Shown piece by piece: positions 45,566-54,818 of a DNA stretch of 64,000 nt. The notes beneath the pieces are model-generated. The model was not told the origin of the DNA and ran no database searches. It was given only the letters and a program-made list of their open reading frames with translations. The translations under genes were made by a program, and so were the position numbers. This DNA is from Kiritimatiellia bacterium (GTDB lineage: Bacteria > Verrucomicrobiota > Kiritimatiellia > RFP12 > DVOR01), in assembly GCA_036651955.1 (NCBI GenBank), contig JAVVWU010000005.1, forward strand, positions 1,153 through 65,152. The letters run 5' to 3'. Positions within the stretch are counted from its first letter, which is position 1; the number at the start of each line of letters is the position of its first letter.

Positions 45566-48500
45566 ATGAATGCAAACCATTTTTCTAAACGCGGTTCTGC
45601 TCTTTTGATTGTCTTGGGACTTCTGAGTTTCTTGATGATTAGTGCGGTGGCGTTCTCAATCTCTATGCGGACAGAACACGCAGCGGCAGCTTCGTATCGG
45701 CGGAATTTAATGGCACGGGAATTATTGGCGACGGCATTGACAGATGCACGTGCGACGGTTGAATCGGCGATGTTGGATCAAAGCGTAGGATTTGACTTTG
45801 ACAATCCTGCCACGCATACCATTGAAAGACTTGCTCCATTTAAGGACCCTAATGGCGATACTTACGGGCGATTGATTTCGTCGCGGAACTTTAATTCGAC
45901 GACAGGTGGAGCCACGGGGGATCAAGCAGGGAAAAATTTCCCTGCCTATTTGCTGGACGATCAGATGATGCGTCACGTTCCACCTTATATTGCCTCTACC
46001 GTTTACAAAACGCTTGAGGTGATGGACGGAACACGGACAGAGGCTGGCAATTATTATATTGATTGGAAGCCCGATTGGAAGCCGGTCATTGCGAAGATTC
46101 CAGAGGCGGAAATTGAAGTTGGAGGCTCGACCAGCAAAGTTTCAGAATCGGTTATTGGTCGTATGGCATGGGCGGTGATAAATCTTTCGGACTCAATCGA
46201 TATCAATGGTATTGGCTCTTTCTCAAAGTCGCGTGGACTTGGACTTACCGGAAATGAATTTGCATTTGGTTCTAAGGATACGGCTGTTCAAGCGGATGAA
46301 CTCTATCGGCTTGTTAAGTCTTCTGATAGTGTCAATGGAGAAGTCTCTGGTAAGCTTCCTGTCTTTTATTCCAATGCCGATATTTCGTCCTATACGGCGC
46401 AAGCAAAAAGTTCAATACTGGATGTTCGTCCGGATGGGAAATTAGAACCGTTTTCATGGGAGCATGCACTCACGACGGATGGAGATGATTATTACTCACC
46501 TTTTTCCGTGTATAGTTTTTGGCCTTCGACAAATCGTACCGATGAGATCGGGACTTCGTCCTCTGGAGCGTCCTCTAAACTCGCCTGTAATCTGGTGACT
46601 CCCGCGACATTAGCGCCGGGATTATCGCTTGCGAGTAACATCACTACAGAGATCAATAAAATCGTTTCAGAAGGCTCCTCTCTCCCTGAAAATTTCACGC
46701 GCCTTTTAATGGATTATATCGATAAAGATTCTGTTCCTACCGCCTATGATTATGAGGGGCAGCCCATTCAAGATGCTTATGCCAATGCGGCTCCCACGGT
46801 TGAAAATGTGCCGATGATATCTGAAGTCGCTTATTTGCCTGATTATTGGAAGAGTGGCGATACGCCCTTTGTGGATGATCTTCAAAAAAACATTGAGCAG
46901 GCATTTGAGAAAGCGCCACCTGTTGATCTTCCTGCTGATAAGTTCAAACTCCTCAAGACGTATCCGAACGATCTTTCGATTAAGATTCCTGAAGCCAAAT
47001 TAAAGGTTGCGTTACGCAGTTATATGCCCGGCTACAGCGAGAATAAGGAAGGCTATAGTTTCGAGATCAGCGGGCTTGTTGGCGTTTCGGTCTATGCGTG
47101 TTCGGCAGAGGATAAGAAGAAACAGCTTCTTGATAAATCAGCGGTATCAACCGCGATAAAGAAAGTTGACTTGGGAGCGGCATCTGGGAATAGTCTCTTT
47201 ACGCCTTCAGCAGAAAGCGATTTTACGGGTGGAAAGCCTTCGGTGGAGGTTCAATTCAAAAAAGAGTCGATTCCTGTGCTGATGCCTGCACTTGGTTCTG
47301 CTCCGAGTGGTGATGCCACAAAAATGAAGGTTTCGATGACATTCCTTGTGGATGTTTTCTTTAATGCAAAAACAATGAAGTCGGGATCAACAATTCCTGC
47401 GGATCTTGTACCGGCTGCTTCGGTGGACAAGGCAAACTATCCTGTCTCTTTAGAAGACCGCCTCTCTTCCAAACTGTTGCCACTTGATAAACAGTATTTT
47501 CGTATCACACGTGCGGTGACGGCAGAATTTTCGTTGACGTGGAAGATAAAAGAAACTCCGGGGACCGATGGTAAGCCCACGACGTATACGGGAACGCTTG
47601 TATTTGATTCCGCCAATGATGGTGATTTGAAAGTTGAACTTGCAAAGGATGAAACTCTTGAGCTTGGAGGACAACAGTTATTGCCATCGAATACAAACGG
47701 TGTCCCGTCCTATATGATGCAATCGACTACGGATGGTGCATGGCAGACGATTGATCCGCGCTATAATTGGTTGTCACCAATGGTGGGAACAGCGGACACC
47801 GTGGGAAGTTATGGATTATCAGACCAAGGATATACCGCCTTTTCTTCCCCGCATTGGGTTTTCATCAATGGGGAAAGTTTGCCTTCTGCTGATAATTTAT
47901 CGGAAACTGCCGAAGCTTATGAAAATGCACATTCGGGATTGATGCCATTCTCATTGGGACTTAAAGTTGCAGATGTCCGTTATGGGTATAACAACACCGA
48001 AAAGTTGTTGCTTCCCTCCGAAGTTGGTTTTCTCCCTGTGCCACTTGCCGATAATGTATGGAATCCGAATGTTAATGCGTATCGAACGTATTCCTTTGCA
48101 AATTATTTCAATACTGTTGCGAAGTTTTCCTTCTTCCGAACAATTCCGCTTGTTGATTTTTCCGATTCGGCATTTTCCGGAGGAAGCTCCTTGGATTATG
48201 AAAAGTGTTCGCGTCTCTGTCGTCTTTTTCAGGGCTTCAGCGGGAAAGGATATCCAGAAGAACATCGTTCAATTATGAGTGCGTTTGCAGGGCAAGATGA
48301 CTATCTTCTTTGTCAACGGTTGCGTCAGTTCGCGATGATGGGTATTCAGTCTTCCATTAAAAACGCAGCTTATGTTTCTTATCAGCGATTGGCAGTGGCA
48401 AAGGATAAATTCCGTATTACAAACGAAATGCTTGATGCGATTCCTAACATTACAGATGTGAAGGAGGACGATTTAACGACTGCTAAGTATGATTTGTTTA

Positions 48501-48907
48501 TCTGCAATTATCTCTTCCCATTGCCCGAAAATAATGATCTTGCGAGTGCGCGGAAATGGGACGGCCGTACGCGTCCAAAGACGGTGAACTTTTTGACCGA
48601 ATTGCCTGATAGCGGTGCCACTGAGACCCTTGCGACAAAGATGACGAACTATAACGATAAGGAAGGTGCGTCTTCGGGTAAACTTGGGCAAAATGACATT
48701 ACGACACTGTTGGCAACGGCAGCGGAATGCTTTGGAGATCGTCAACAGCTTTTCCTCTATCTTCTGCGTGCAGATGCTATCGCTTACAATTCTGGACGTG
48801 ATCTTGCACAGCACAAGCCACTGTCTACCGCACGTGCTGTTGCATTGATTTGGCGCGATGCATATGGCAAACTTCCCGATCGTATCATTTACTATCAAGT
48901 GCTCTAA
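45566..48907 (+). CDS. Giant (1113 aa) GspK-like minor pseudopilin / putative filament tip protein
   Basis: The N-terminus (KRGSALLIVLGLLSFLMISAVAFSISMRTEHAAAASYRRN) looks like GspK: a pilin-like helix without Glu+5. The segment SDSIDINGIG resembles the GspK xxLNLN motif. About 850 further residues have no motif I recognise. Confidence 0.55.
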   Translation: MNANHFSKRGSALLIVLGLLSFLMISAVAFSISMRTEHAAAASYRRNLMARELLATALTDARATVESAMLDQSVGFDFDNPATHTIERLAPFKDPNGDTYGRLISSRNFNSTTGGATGDQAGKNFPAYLLDDQMMRHVPPYIASTVYKTLEVMDGTRTEAGNYYIDWKPDWKPVIAKIPEAEIEVGGSTSKVSESVIGRMAWAVINLSDSIDINGIGSFSKSRGLGLTGNEFAFGSKDTAVQADELYRLVKSSDSVNGEVSGKLPVFYSNADISSYTAQAKSSILDVRPDGKLEPFSWEHALTTDGDDYYSPFSVYSFWPSTNRTDEIGTSSSGASSKLACNLVTPATLAPGLSLASNITTEINKIVSEGSSLPENFTRLLMDYIDKDSVPTAYDYEGQPIQDAYANAAPTVENVPMISEVAYLPDYWKSGDTPFVDDLQKNIEQAFEKAPPVDLPADKFKLLKTYPNDLSIKIPEAKLKVALRSYMPGYSENKEGYSFEISGLVGVSVYACSAEDKKKQLLDKSAVSTAIKKVDLGAASGNSLFTPSAESDFTGGKPSVEVQFKKESIPVLMPALGSAPSGDATKMKVSMTFLVDVFFNAKTMKSGSTIPADLVPAASVDKANYPVSLEDRLSSKLLPLDKQYFRITRAVTAEFSLTWKIKETPGTDGKPTTYTGTLVFDSANDGDLKVELAKDETLELGGQQLLPSNTNGVPSYMMQSTTDGAWQTIDPRYNWLSPMVGTADTVGSYGLSDQGYTAFSSPHWVFINGESLPSADNLSETAEAYENAHSGLMPFSLGLKVADVRYGYNNTEKLLLPSEVGFLPVPLADNVWNPNVNAYRTYSFANYFNTVAKFSFFRTIPLVDFSDSAFSGGSSLDYEKCSRLCRLFQGFSGKGYPEEHRSIMSAFAGQDDYLLCQRLRQFAMMGIQSSIKNAAYVSYQRLAVAKDKFRITNEMLDAIPNITDVKEDDLTTAKYDLFICNYLFPLPENNDLASARKWDGRTRPKTVNFLTELPDSGATETLATKMTNYNDKEGASSGKLGQNDITTLLATAAECFGDRQQLFLYLLRADAIAYNSGRDLAQHKPLSTARAVALIWRDAYGKLPDRIIYYQVL

Positions 48908-48959
48908 TACACGCGGAAGTTTGCCGCTGTCAGATGAAAAGGTTGAGAGTTTATAATTT

Positions 48960-49367
48960 ATGGAAAATGTAACAGAACCGTTGAACGATGAAGCGGAAGA
49001 GCTTGATTTACGCTTTGTCAGTGAAACGCAGATTGCGTGCGCCGGATTTGATTTGGTGGATCTGCTGAATTGCGATGAGGGCGTCGGACCTGAACTGTAT
49101 CATCGATTGCATTTGACCGCTCAAAAAGAGCTGTCGCTTGATTTTGATTATACGGTCTTTGATGAAATCGAGGATGAGAAATTCTATATGTTGACGTTCC
49201 CAACGGGGACGGATTTTGCAGATTTCAGCATCGTACAAGTGCTTTCGGTTGATGAAATTTCAGAAAAGTGCTTTAATGACTTAATGATAGATGACTCTGA
49301 GATGTCCTGTGACGGCAATTGTGATGCTTGTCCTCAGGATTGTATCGGTAAGCATCCAGTAGAATGA
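48960..49367 (+). CDS. Small strongly acidic hypothetical protein with a C-terminal Cys cluster
   Basis: 135 aa, very rich in Asp and Glu. It ends MSCDGNCDACPQDCIGKHPVE. It lies directly after the pseudopilin operon. Confidence 0.45.
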   Translation: MENVTEPLNDEAEELDLRFVSETQIACAGFDLVDLLNCDEGVGPELYHRLHLTAQKELSLDFDYTVFDEIEDEKFYMLTFPTGTDFADFSIVQVLSVDEISEKCFNDLMIDDSEMSCDGNCDACPQDCIGKHPVE

Positions 49368-49392
49368 CATTGACACATTAAAAAGGAACCTT

Positions 49393-50145
49393 ATGCGTAC
49401 CAAAATTGTTGCAGGTAACTGGAAGATGAACAAAACGCCCGCAGAAACTGCGGCTTTGATTGCGGATATTCGGAAAGAAACGAATGATGGTAACAATGGC
49501 GTTGAAGTCGTTGTATGTGTCCCGTTCGTTGACATTCCAGCTGCTGCGGAAGCGCTTAAAGGCTCTTCGATTGCTCTTGGTGCACAGAATATGCACTGGA
49601 AAGAGTCCGGCGCATATACCGGTGAAATCTCCGCCGCGATGTTGAAAGATCTCGGCGTCAGCTATGTCATTTTAGGTCACAGTGAACGTCGTCAGTACTT
49701 CGCTGAAACGGATGAGACGGTAAATCTTAAGCTCAAGGCTGCGCTTGCTGCAAATTTAATCCCGATCGTTTGTGTGGGTGAGACACTTCAAGAGCGTGAA
49801 GACGGCAAGATGCAAGAGGTGATCGTTCGTCAGGTCACTGCAGCGTTGGCAGGATGCCAAAATGAGTTTGTCAAGATTGTCATTGCCTATGAACCTGTTT
49901 GGGCGATTGGTACGGGGAAGACGGCGACGAGTACGCAAGCACAGGAAGTCCATGCACTGATTCGTGCAACGCTTGCGAAGATGAACGCTCTCACTGCGGA
50001 TAAGGTGCGCATTCAGTATGGCGGATCAATGAAGCCTAATAATGCCGCAGAACTTATGTCCAAACCGGATATTGATGGCGGTTTGATTGGCGGCGCGGCA
50101 TTGATGGCAGATTCGTTTGCCGAGATTGTTGCCGCAGGAAAGTAA
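49393..50145 (+). CDS. tpiA: Triosephosphate isomerase
   Basis: 250 aa with VAGNWKMNK, ILGHSERR, AYEPVWAIGTGKTA and YGGSMKP. Confidence 0.95.
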   Translation: MRTKIVAGNWKMNKTPAETAALIADIRKETNDGNNGVEVVVCVPFVDIPAAAEALKGSSIALGAQNMHWKESGAYTGEISAAMLKDLGVSYVILGHSERRQYFAETDETVNLKLKAALAANLIPIVCVGETLQEREDGKMQEVIVRQVTAALAGCQNEFVKIVIAYEPVWAIGTGKTATSTQAQEVHALIRATLAKMNALTADKVRIQYGGSMKPNNAAELMSKPDIDGGLIGGAALMADSFAEIVAAGK

Positions 50146-50170
50146 CAAGTACATTACGTACGAATGAAAG

Positions 50171-50206
50171 GAGCCCTGTGCTGATGGCACGGGGCTCTCT
50201 TTTGAT
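50171..50206 (+). terminator. Rho-independent terminator after tpiA
   Basis: GAGCCCTGTGC-tgatg-GCACGGGGCTC forms an 11-bp stem with one G-U pair, followed by TCTTTTGATT. Confidence 0.65.
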
Positions 50207-50247
50207 TCGTACGCGCGACTTTATTCGTCGCTTAGGATTAAAGAAAT

Positions 50248-50272
50248 ACGCCTGCTTCGACGAAGCAGGCGT
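50248..50272 (-). terminator. Hairpin terminator downstream of ridA
   Basis: A perfect palindrome ACGCCTGCTTCG-a-CGAAGCAGGCGT lies 20 nt after the ridA stop. On the minus strand it is followed by ATTTCTTT. Confidence 0.5.
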
Positions 50273-50292
50273 ATGAGTTGTAAGGCGGCAGC

Positions 50293-50664
50293 TTAGTCAA
50301 CGCATGCGGTGACTTCAATTTCACAAAGGACGCCTTTGGGGATATCCTTTACAGCGACACATGAACGTGCTGGCTTGGAAATAAAGAATTTCGCATACAC
50401 TTCGTTGAACTTGGCGAAGTCGTTGATGTCTGCGAGGAAACAGGTGGTCTTGATAACTTTGGTGAAGTCAATGCCGGCGGCGGTCAGAATGGCGCCACAA
50501 TTTTTACAAGATTGTTCCGCTTGAGCCACAATACCTTCGGGAATCTTTCCGGTGGACGGATCGACAGGGATTTGTCCAGAGGCAAAGAGAAATCCATGCG
50601 CAATCATTCCTTGTGAGTAAGGTCCGATAGCGGCAGGAGCGTGAGCGGTTGCAACAGCATTCAT
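50293..50664 (-). CDS. ridA: RidA/YjgF-family reactive intermediate deaminase
   Basis: 123 aa with APAAIGPYSQG, ASGQIPVDP, TTCFLADINDFAKFNEVY and PARSCVAVKDIPKGVLCEIE. Confidence 0.85.
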   Translation of the reverse strand: MNAVATAHAPAAIGPYSQGMIAHGFLFASGQIPVDPSTGKIPEGIVAQAEQSCKNCGAILTAAGIDFTKVIKTTCFLADINDFAKFNEVYAKFFISKPARSCVAVKDIPKGVLCEIEVTACVD

Positions 50665-50687
50665 TGGGAGAGGTCCTTTCTTAGAAA

Positions 50688-51005
50688 TTATGAATGAAAA
50701 CGTTCAACAAGTGATGCAGCGATTTCAACGCAACTCGGACAGGGTGTCTGCTTCCCTGATTTAATCTCACGACAGGTGAGTGCGCCAGCGGTTTTAATAA
50801 ATTCCGCTTTAATTGCTTCGGCGTGGTCGGGGCAGATGTTGATTGCGGCGTGCAATGCACCACAAAGACCGCCCGGTGCGCGTCCGCCGCCACAAGACGC
50901 CATCTCTGCGATAGTGTCAGTGTCGCCGCCACAGCCTGCGGTAACGGCTTGTGCGCAATTGTGCCGTTTGGGGATTGCTGTAAAGAGTGTGTGCGCTTGC
51001 GTCAT
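50688..51005 (-). CDS. C_GCAxxG_C_C-family-like small Cys-rich protein
   Basis: 105 aa with NCAQAV, CGGGRAPGGLCGALHAA and CPSC. The pattern resembles the C-GCAxxG-C-C redox protein family, though this protein is shorter than typical members. Confidence 0.45.
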   Translation of the reverse strand: MTQAHTLFTAIPKRHNCAQAVTAGCGGDTDTIAEMASCGGGRAPGGLCGALHAAINICPDHAEAIKAEFIKTAGALTCREIKSGKQTPCPSCVEIAASLVERFHS

Positions 51006-51006
51006 T

Positions 51007-51741
51007 TTAACTTCTCTTCCTTAATAAAGCTTCAACCACAGGAACGTCGGCGGGCGTATCAACGCCAACACCTTCATCGGTCGTTTTGATAACACCGATA
51101 CGTGCTCCAAGCCAAAGTGCACGAAGCTGTTCCAGTGATTCTGTTTTCTCAAGCGCGCACGGCGGCGTATGAATCAGACGATTGAGGAAATCGCCACGAT
51201 AGGCATAAATTCCAAGGTGACGCCAATACAGCCCCGAGCTTAAATCGGAAGCGCCGTCACGATGACAGGGGATAGGAAGACGCGAAAAATAAAGCGCACT
51301 GTCGTCTTCACGTAAAACAACTTTGACAACGGTGCGCGCATCAAGATCTTGCAAGGAACGAATAGGGCACGCCGCAGTTGCCATTTCTTCGCCCGTGGCA
51401 AGCATTCGCTCTGCAAGTGCATCAATGAGATCTGGATCCATCAGCGGTTCATCGCCTTGAATATTGATCACAATATCTTGCGGCGTTGCTCTCGCGGCAA
51501 CGGCAACACGATCGGTTCCAGAGGGGAGATTACTATCCGTCATAACGACTTCACAGGCATTCCCAATGGCTTGCTGAATACGCACGTCATCTGTCGCAAC
51601 TAAAACTCGATCCAGTCGTTTTGCGCGTTTTACCGCTTCCACGACGCAGAGGACTAAAGGCTTACCTAAAATCGGCGTTAATGATTTCCCGGGGAAACGT
51701 GTGCTTCCCCAACGTGAAGGAATGACACCAATGATGGACAT
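51007..51741 (-). CDS. kdsB: 3-deoxy-manno-octulosonate cytidylyltransferase (CMP-KDO synthetase)
   Basis: 244 aa with VIPSRWGSTRFPGK, INIQGDEPL, YWRHLGIYAY and LEQLRAL. Confidence 0.9.
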   Translation of the reverse strand: MSIIGVIPSRWGSTRFPGKSLTPILGKPLVLCVVEAVKRAKRLDRVLVATDDVRIQQAIGNACEVVMTDSNLPSGTDRVAVAARATPQDIVINIQGDEPLMDPDLIDALAERMLATGEEMATAACPIRSLQDLDARTVVKVVLREDDSALYFSRLPIPCHRDGASDLSSGLYWRHLGIYAYRGDFLNRLIHTPPCALEKTESLEQLRALWLGARIGVIKTTDEGVGVDTPADVPVVEALLRKRS

Positions 51742-51750
51742 ATCTGCTCC

Positions 51751-52746
51751 TTATTTTGTTTCCTGCTTCATGGCACGATCCATGAGAAGCATCACGGCAT
51801 CTTCTGCAGAAAGCGTTTCGTAACACATTTGGTAAACGACTTCGGCAATGGGCATTTCAACGTCGTGTTCGAGTGCGAGTTCGTGAATCAGCTTGGCATT
51901 GTCGACGCCTTCGGCAACCATGGACATGGAGCCTAAGATGGACTGAATGTTTTCACCTTGTCCCAAGCGTACACCGACCGCATGATTGCGACTGTGCAAG
52001 GACGTACACGTAACAATCAAATCACCAATTCCGGAAAGTCCGCTTAACGTTTGCGCATCGGCACCCATTTTCAGCCCGAGGCGCATAAGTTCTGCAAGGC
52101 CGCGTGTAATCAAAGCCGCGCGTGTATTGTCGCCAAATCCGAATCCGTCACTTGCCCCCACCGCAATGGCAAGAACGTTTTTAACAACACCGCCGATTTC
52201 AACGCCAATGACATCTTCCGTGGTATAAACGCGGAAACGAGGCCCGTTAAACAGTTGCTGTACTTGACGTGCGAGCGCGTGATCTTCGCAAGCGCAGGTA
52301 ACCGCGGTCGGGATTCGTCGTGCGACTTCTTCTGCATGGGAGGGACCGGAAAGAACTACGACACGATTGGTCTTAAGCGTGGCTTTGGCAACATCACTCA
52401 TCAATTGATGTGTCACGGGGCAAACGCCTTTGGTCAAACTGACGATGAGTGTATGCTTAACGTCAATTAAGGGCGCAATGATTTCACATACGTGCTGATA
52501 AAATTTTGACGGGGAAACGAGAACAATCATATCGGCATCGGGGACGCAGGAGCTGGCATCAGAAGTCCAGTGAATAGTCGATGAAAGCTCCACGTTAGGA
52601 AGATAGCGCGAATTCAAATGCGTCTTTTTAATTTCTTCAATGTAATCGGCAAAAGGACCCCAAACCGTGACATTATGGCCATAAGAGTCTAAAAGCTTTG
52701 CAATGGCTGTTCCCCAACCGCCGTCTCCGATAATGGCAATATTCAT
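51751..52746 (-). CDS. gpsA: NAD(P)H-dependent glycerol-3-phosphate dehydrogenase
   Basis: 331 aa with a Rossmann N-terminus (IAIIGDGGWGTA), LSGPSHAEEV, KNVLAIAVG and GDLIVTCTS. Confidence 0.9.
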   Translation of the reverse strand: MNIAIIGDGGWGTAIAKLLDSYGHNVTVWGPFADYIEEIKKTHLNSRYLPNVELSSTIHWTSDASSCVPDADMIVLVSPSKFYQHVCEIIAPLIDVKHTLIVSLTKGVCPVTHQLMSDVAKATLKTNRVVVLSGPSHAEEVARRIPTAVTCACEDHALARQVQQLFNGPRFRVYTTEDVIGVEIGGVVKNVLAIAVGASDGFGFGDNTRAALITRGLAELMRLGLKMGADAQTLSGLSGIGDLIVTCTSLHSRNHAVGVRLGQGENIQSILGSMSMVAEGVDNAKLIHELALEHDVEMPIAEVVYQMCYETLSAEDAVMLLMDRAMKQETK

Positions 52747-53417
52747 TACTCGTTTTCCTTTTTTTGTTTGATTGCAAATGCTTCACGTTGTGCTTGAGTG
52801 AAACAGAATCGATTTTCAGTTCCCTTGCAAAGTCGGACAATGTTTTTCGCGTGTTTGACGATAGTTAGAAGCGAGAGAATAGTGATGAGGATACGAAACC
52901 AAAGTGGAGACGCACTATAGAGAATCCACGTCAATGCGCCTGCGGTTGCTGCACCGACAATACTCGCTAATGAAACATAACGACTGATAAAAAAGAACAG
53001 CGTCCACACGATAAAACCAATGAGTGCCGAGAGGGGGGCGACACCGAGAAGAAGCCCTAATGCGGTAGAGACACCTTTTCCTCCCTTAAATCCAATGTAG
53101 ATCGGAAAGATATGCCCGACCATTGCAATGGCACCGCCTAAAATGCGCCACAACAAAAGGTGTTCGCCAAAATCTGCTTTCCAAAGTGCCATTGCCACGA
53201 ACGGCATCAGTGTCCCGATGATTCCTTTGAGAACGTCAAAGACAAATGTAAGAATGCCCCATTTTTTACCGACACACCGAAAGACATTGGTTGCTCCAAT
53301 ATTGCCACTTCCGAGGTGAAGCAAATCAACACCGCGCAGACGCGCAATGACGAGTCCGAAGGGAATGGCACCGAGCAGATAGGCAAGAATAAGCGAAATA
53401 ATTCCGTTAATAATCAT
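52746..53417 (-). CDS. plsY: Glycerol-3-phosphate acyltransferase PlsY
   Basis: 223 aa. It carries YLLGAIPFG, GSGNIGATN and FKGGKGV motifs and has multiple TM helices. Confidence 0.9.
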   Translation of the reverse strand: MIINGIISLILAYLLGAIPFGLVIARLRGVDLLHLGSGNIGATNVFRCVGKKWGILTFVFDVLKGIIGTLMPFVAMALWKADFGEHLLLWRILGGAIAMVGHIFPIYIGFKGGKGVSTALGLLLGVAPLSALIGFIVWTLFFFISRYVSLASIVGAATAGALTWILYSASPLWFRILITILSLLTIVKHAKNIVRLCKGTENRFCFTQAQREAFAIKQKKENE

Positions 53418-53436
53418 AGCGACATCCAGTAGTCAA

Positions 53437-53877
53437 TTAGACTCTATTTTTAAGAAAAGAAAAGAGACCTTCAACGGCGAGAGCATAGCCTTGAAGTCCA
53501 AATCCCATAAGTTGTGCGATACAAACGGGGGCGGTGTAGCTGATGTGACGAAATTCTTCTCGTTTGTGCGTGTTGGAAATATGCAGCTCAACCGTCGGAA
53601 TCTCGCTTGCTGCGATTGCATCGCGCAGGGCTACCGAGGTGTGTGTATAGGCTGCGGGGTTAATGACAATTCCGTCATAATGTCCACGCGCAGAACCTAT
53701 TTTTGAGACTAGTTCGCCTTCCACATCACTTTGAAAACAATCAAGCGTTGCCCCGAGACGTTTTGCCGTTTCCTTTGCGAGCTGTTCGGCATCGGCAAGG
53801 GTAAAATGTCCATAGACTTCTGGTTCGCGAGTGCCGAGAAGGCGAAGGTTGGGGCCGTTCAATAGAAGTAAGTTCAT
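53437..53877 (-). CDS. aroQ: Type II 3-dehydroquinate dehydratase
   Basis: 146 aa with LLLNGPNLRLLGTREPEVYG, INPAAYTHTSVALRDA and ELHISN. Confidence 0.9.
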   Translation of the reverse strand: MNLLLLNGPNLRLLGTREPEVYGHFTLADAEQLAKETAKRLGATLDCFQSDVEGELVSKIGSARGHYDGIVINPAAYTHTSVALRDAIAASEIPTVELHISNTHKREEFRHISYTAPVCIAQLMGFGLQGYALAVEGLFSFLKNRV

Positions 53878-53889
53878 ACGTATTCTTTC

Positions 53890-54816
53890 TCAAAGATAAA
53901 AACGATCCATCCAATAGGGCAAAATCTGTGCAACGGAAAGGTTGCGTTCCAGTTGTAATTCAAAGGATGAAAGCGATACAGGGTTTTCAAGGAGGCAAGC
54001 CAACGAATAACGGTTGGCACGTGCAGTTAAAACCTCGCGGTACGCGGTAAAAGTTAAAGGCGTTTCCGGTGCTCCATGCGTTCCCTTTAAGCGGATGAGA
54101 TCGCCCATCCACTGTTCAAGTGTCAAGAGCAAATCTTTGCGCCATGCCTTCGCTTTCGCTGCGACGAGGGCTTGTAATGTATCGGCGTCTTCTTCAACAA
54201 AAGGATTGGCGCGGCTTTCTTCGCGTACGACTTTTTCGGCACGCTCGGTCATCTCATCGATGAGTGTGCAGAGATGTTCGGCACGAACAGCATCGGCGGT
54301 GACGGACTTTTCGGAAATTTCAGAAAGTTCAGTTAAGACTTGTGTCCGCCACGGTTCATCTAACTGATTCTTACCGCCTGCCAGAATCATTTGACAGCGG
54401 GAAACAATCGTTGGCAAAAGCTCCGAAATAGAATCTACAAGCAATAAAAACAATGTTTGAGGCGGCGGTTCTTCCAACGTTTTTAGAAACGCATTCGCCG
54501 TTTCTTCGTTCATCCGTTCGGCAGAAACAATCACAATGACTTTCCATCCGCCTGCGAGTGCTGACTGCTGGGCAATAGGAAGGATTCGATCGCGCATCAT
54601 TTTGACGTCAATAATACGGCTTTTTTTCTCCGGCTCAAACCACGGCATATCTGGATTGGAATGGTCAGCAATCGTGGGACCTTCGCCTAAGAGTTGCCTT
54701 CCGATCCATTCCGCAAGGCTACGCCCTTCTTTGCGAACGGGTCCGACTAGAATATATCCTTGTGCGGGACGGCCACAGGCAAAAGCTTTCAGTAGATTAT
54801 CCTGAATGACATTCAT
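53890..54816 (-). CDS. holB: DNA polymerase III delta-prime subunit-like (clamp-loader AAA+)
   Basis: The ATG at 54816 is the chosen start. The hallmark NAFLKTLEEPP is followed by TIVSRCQ. The Walker A motif is degenerate, as is usual for delta-prime. Confidence 0.7.
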   Translation of the reverse strand: MNVIQDNLLKAFACGRPAQGYILVGPVRKEGRSLAEWIGRQLLGEGPTIADHSNPDMPWFEPEKKSRIIDVKMMRDRILPIAQQSALAGGWKVIVIVSAERMNEETANAFLKTLEEPPPQTLFLLLVDSISELLPTIVSRCQMILAGGKNQLDEPWRTQVLTELSEISEKSVTADAVRAEHLCTLIDEMTERAEKVVREESRANPFVEEDADTLQALVAAKAKAWRKDLLLTLEQWMGDLIRLKGTHGAPETPLTFTAYREVLTARANRYSLACLLENPVSLSSFELQLERNLSVAQILPYWMDRFYL

Positions 54817-54818
54817 GG

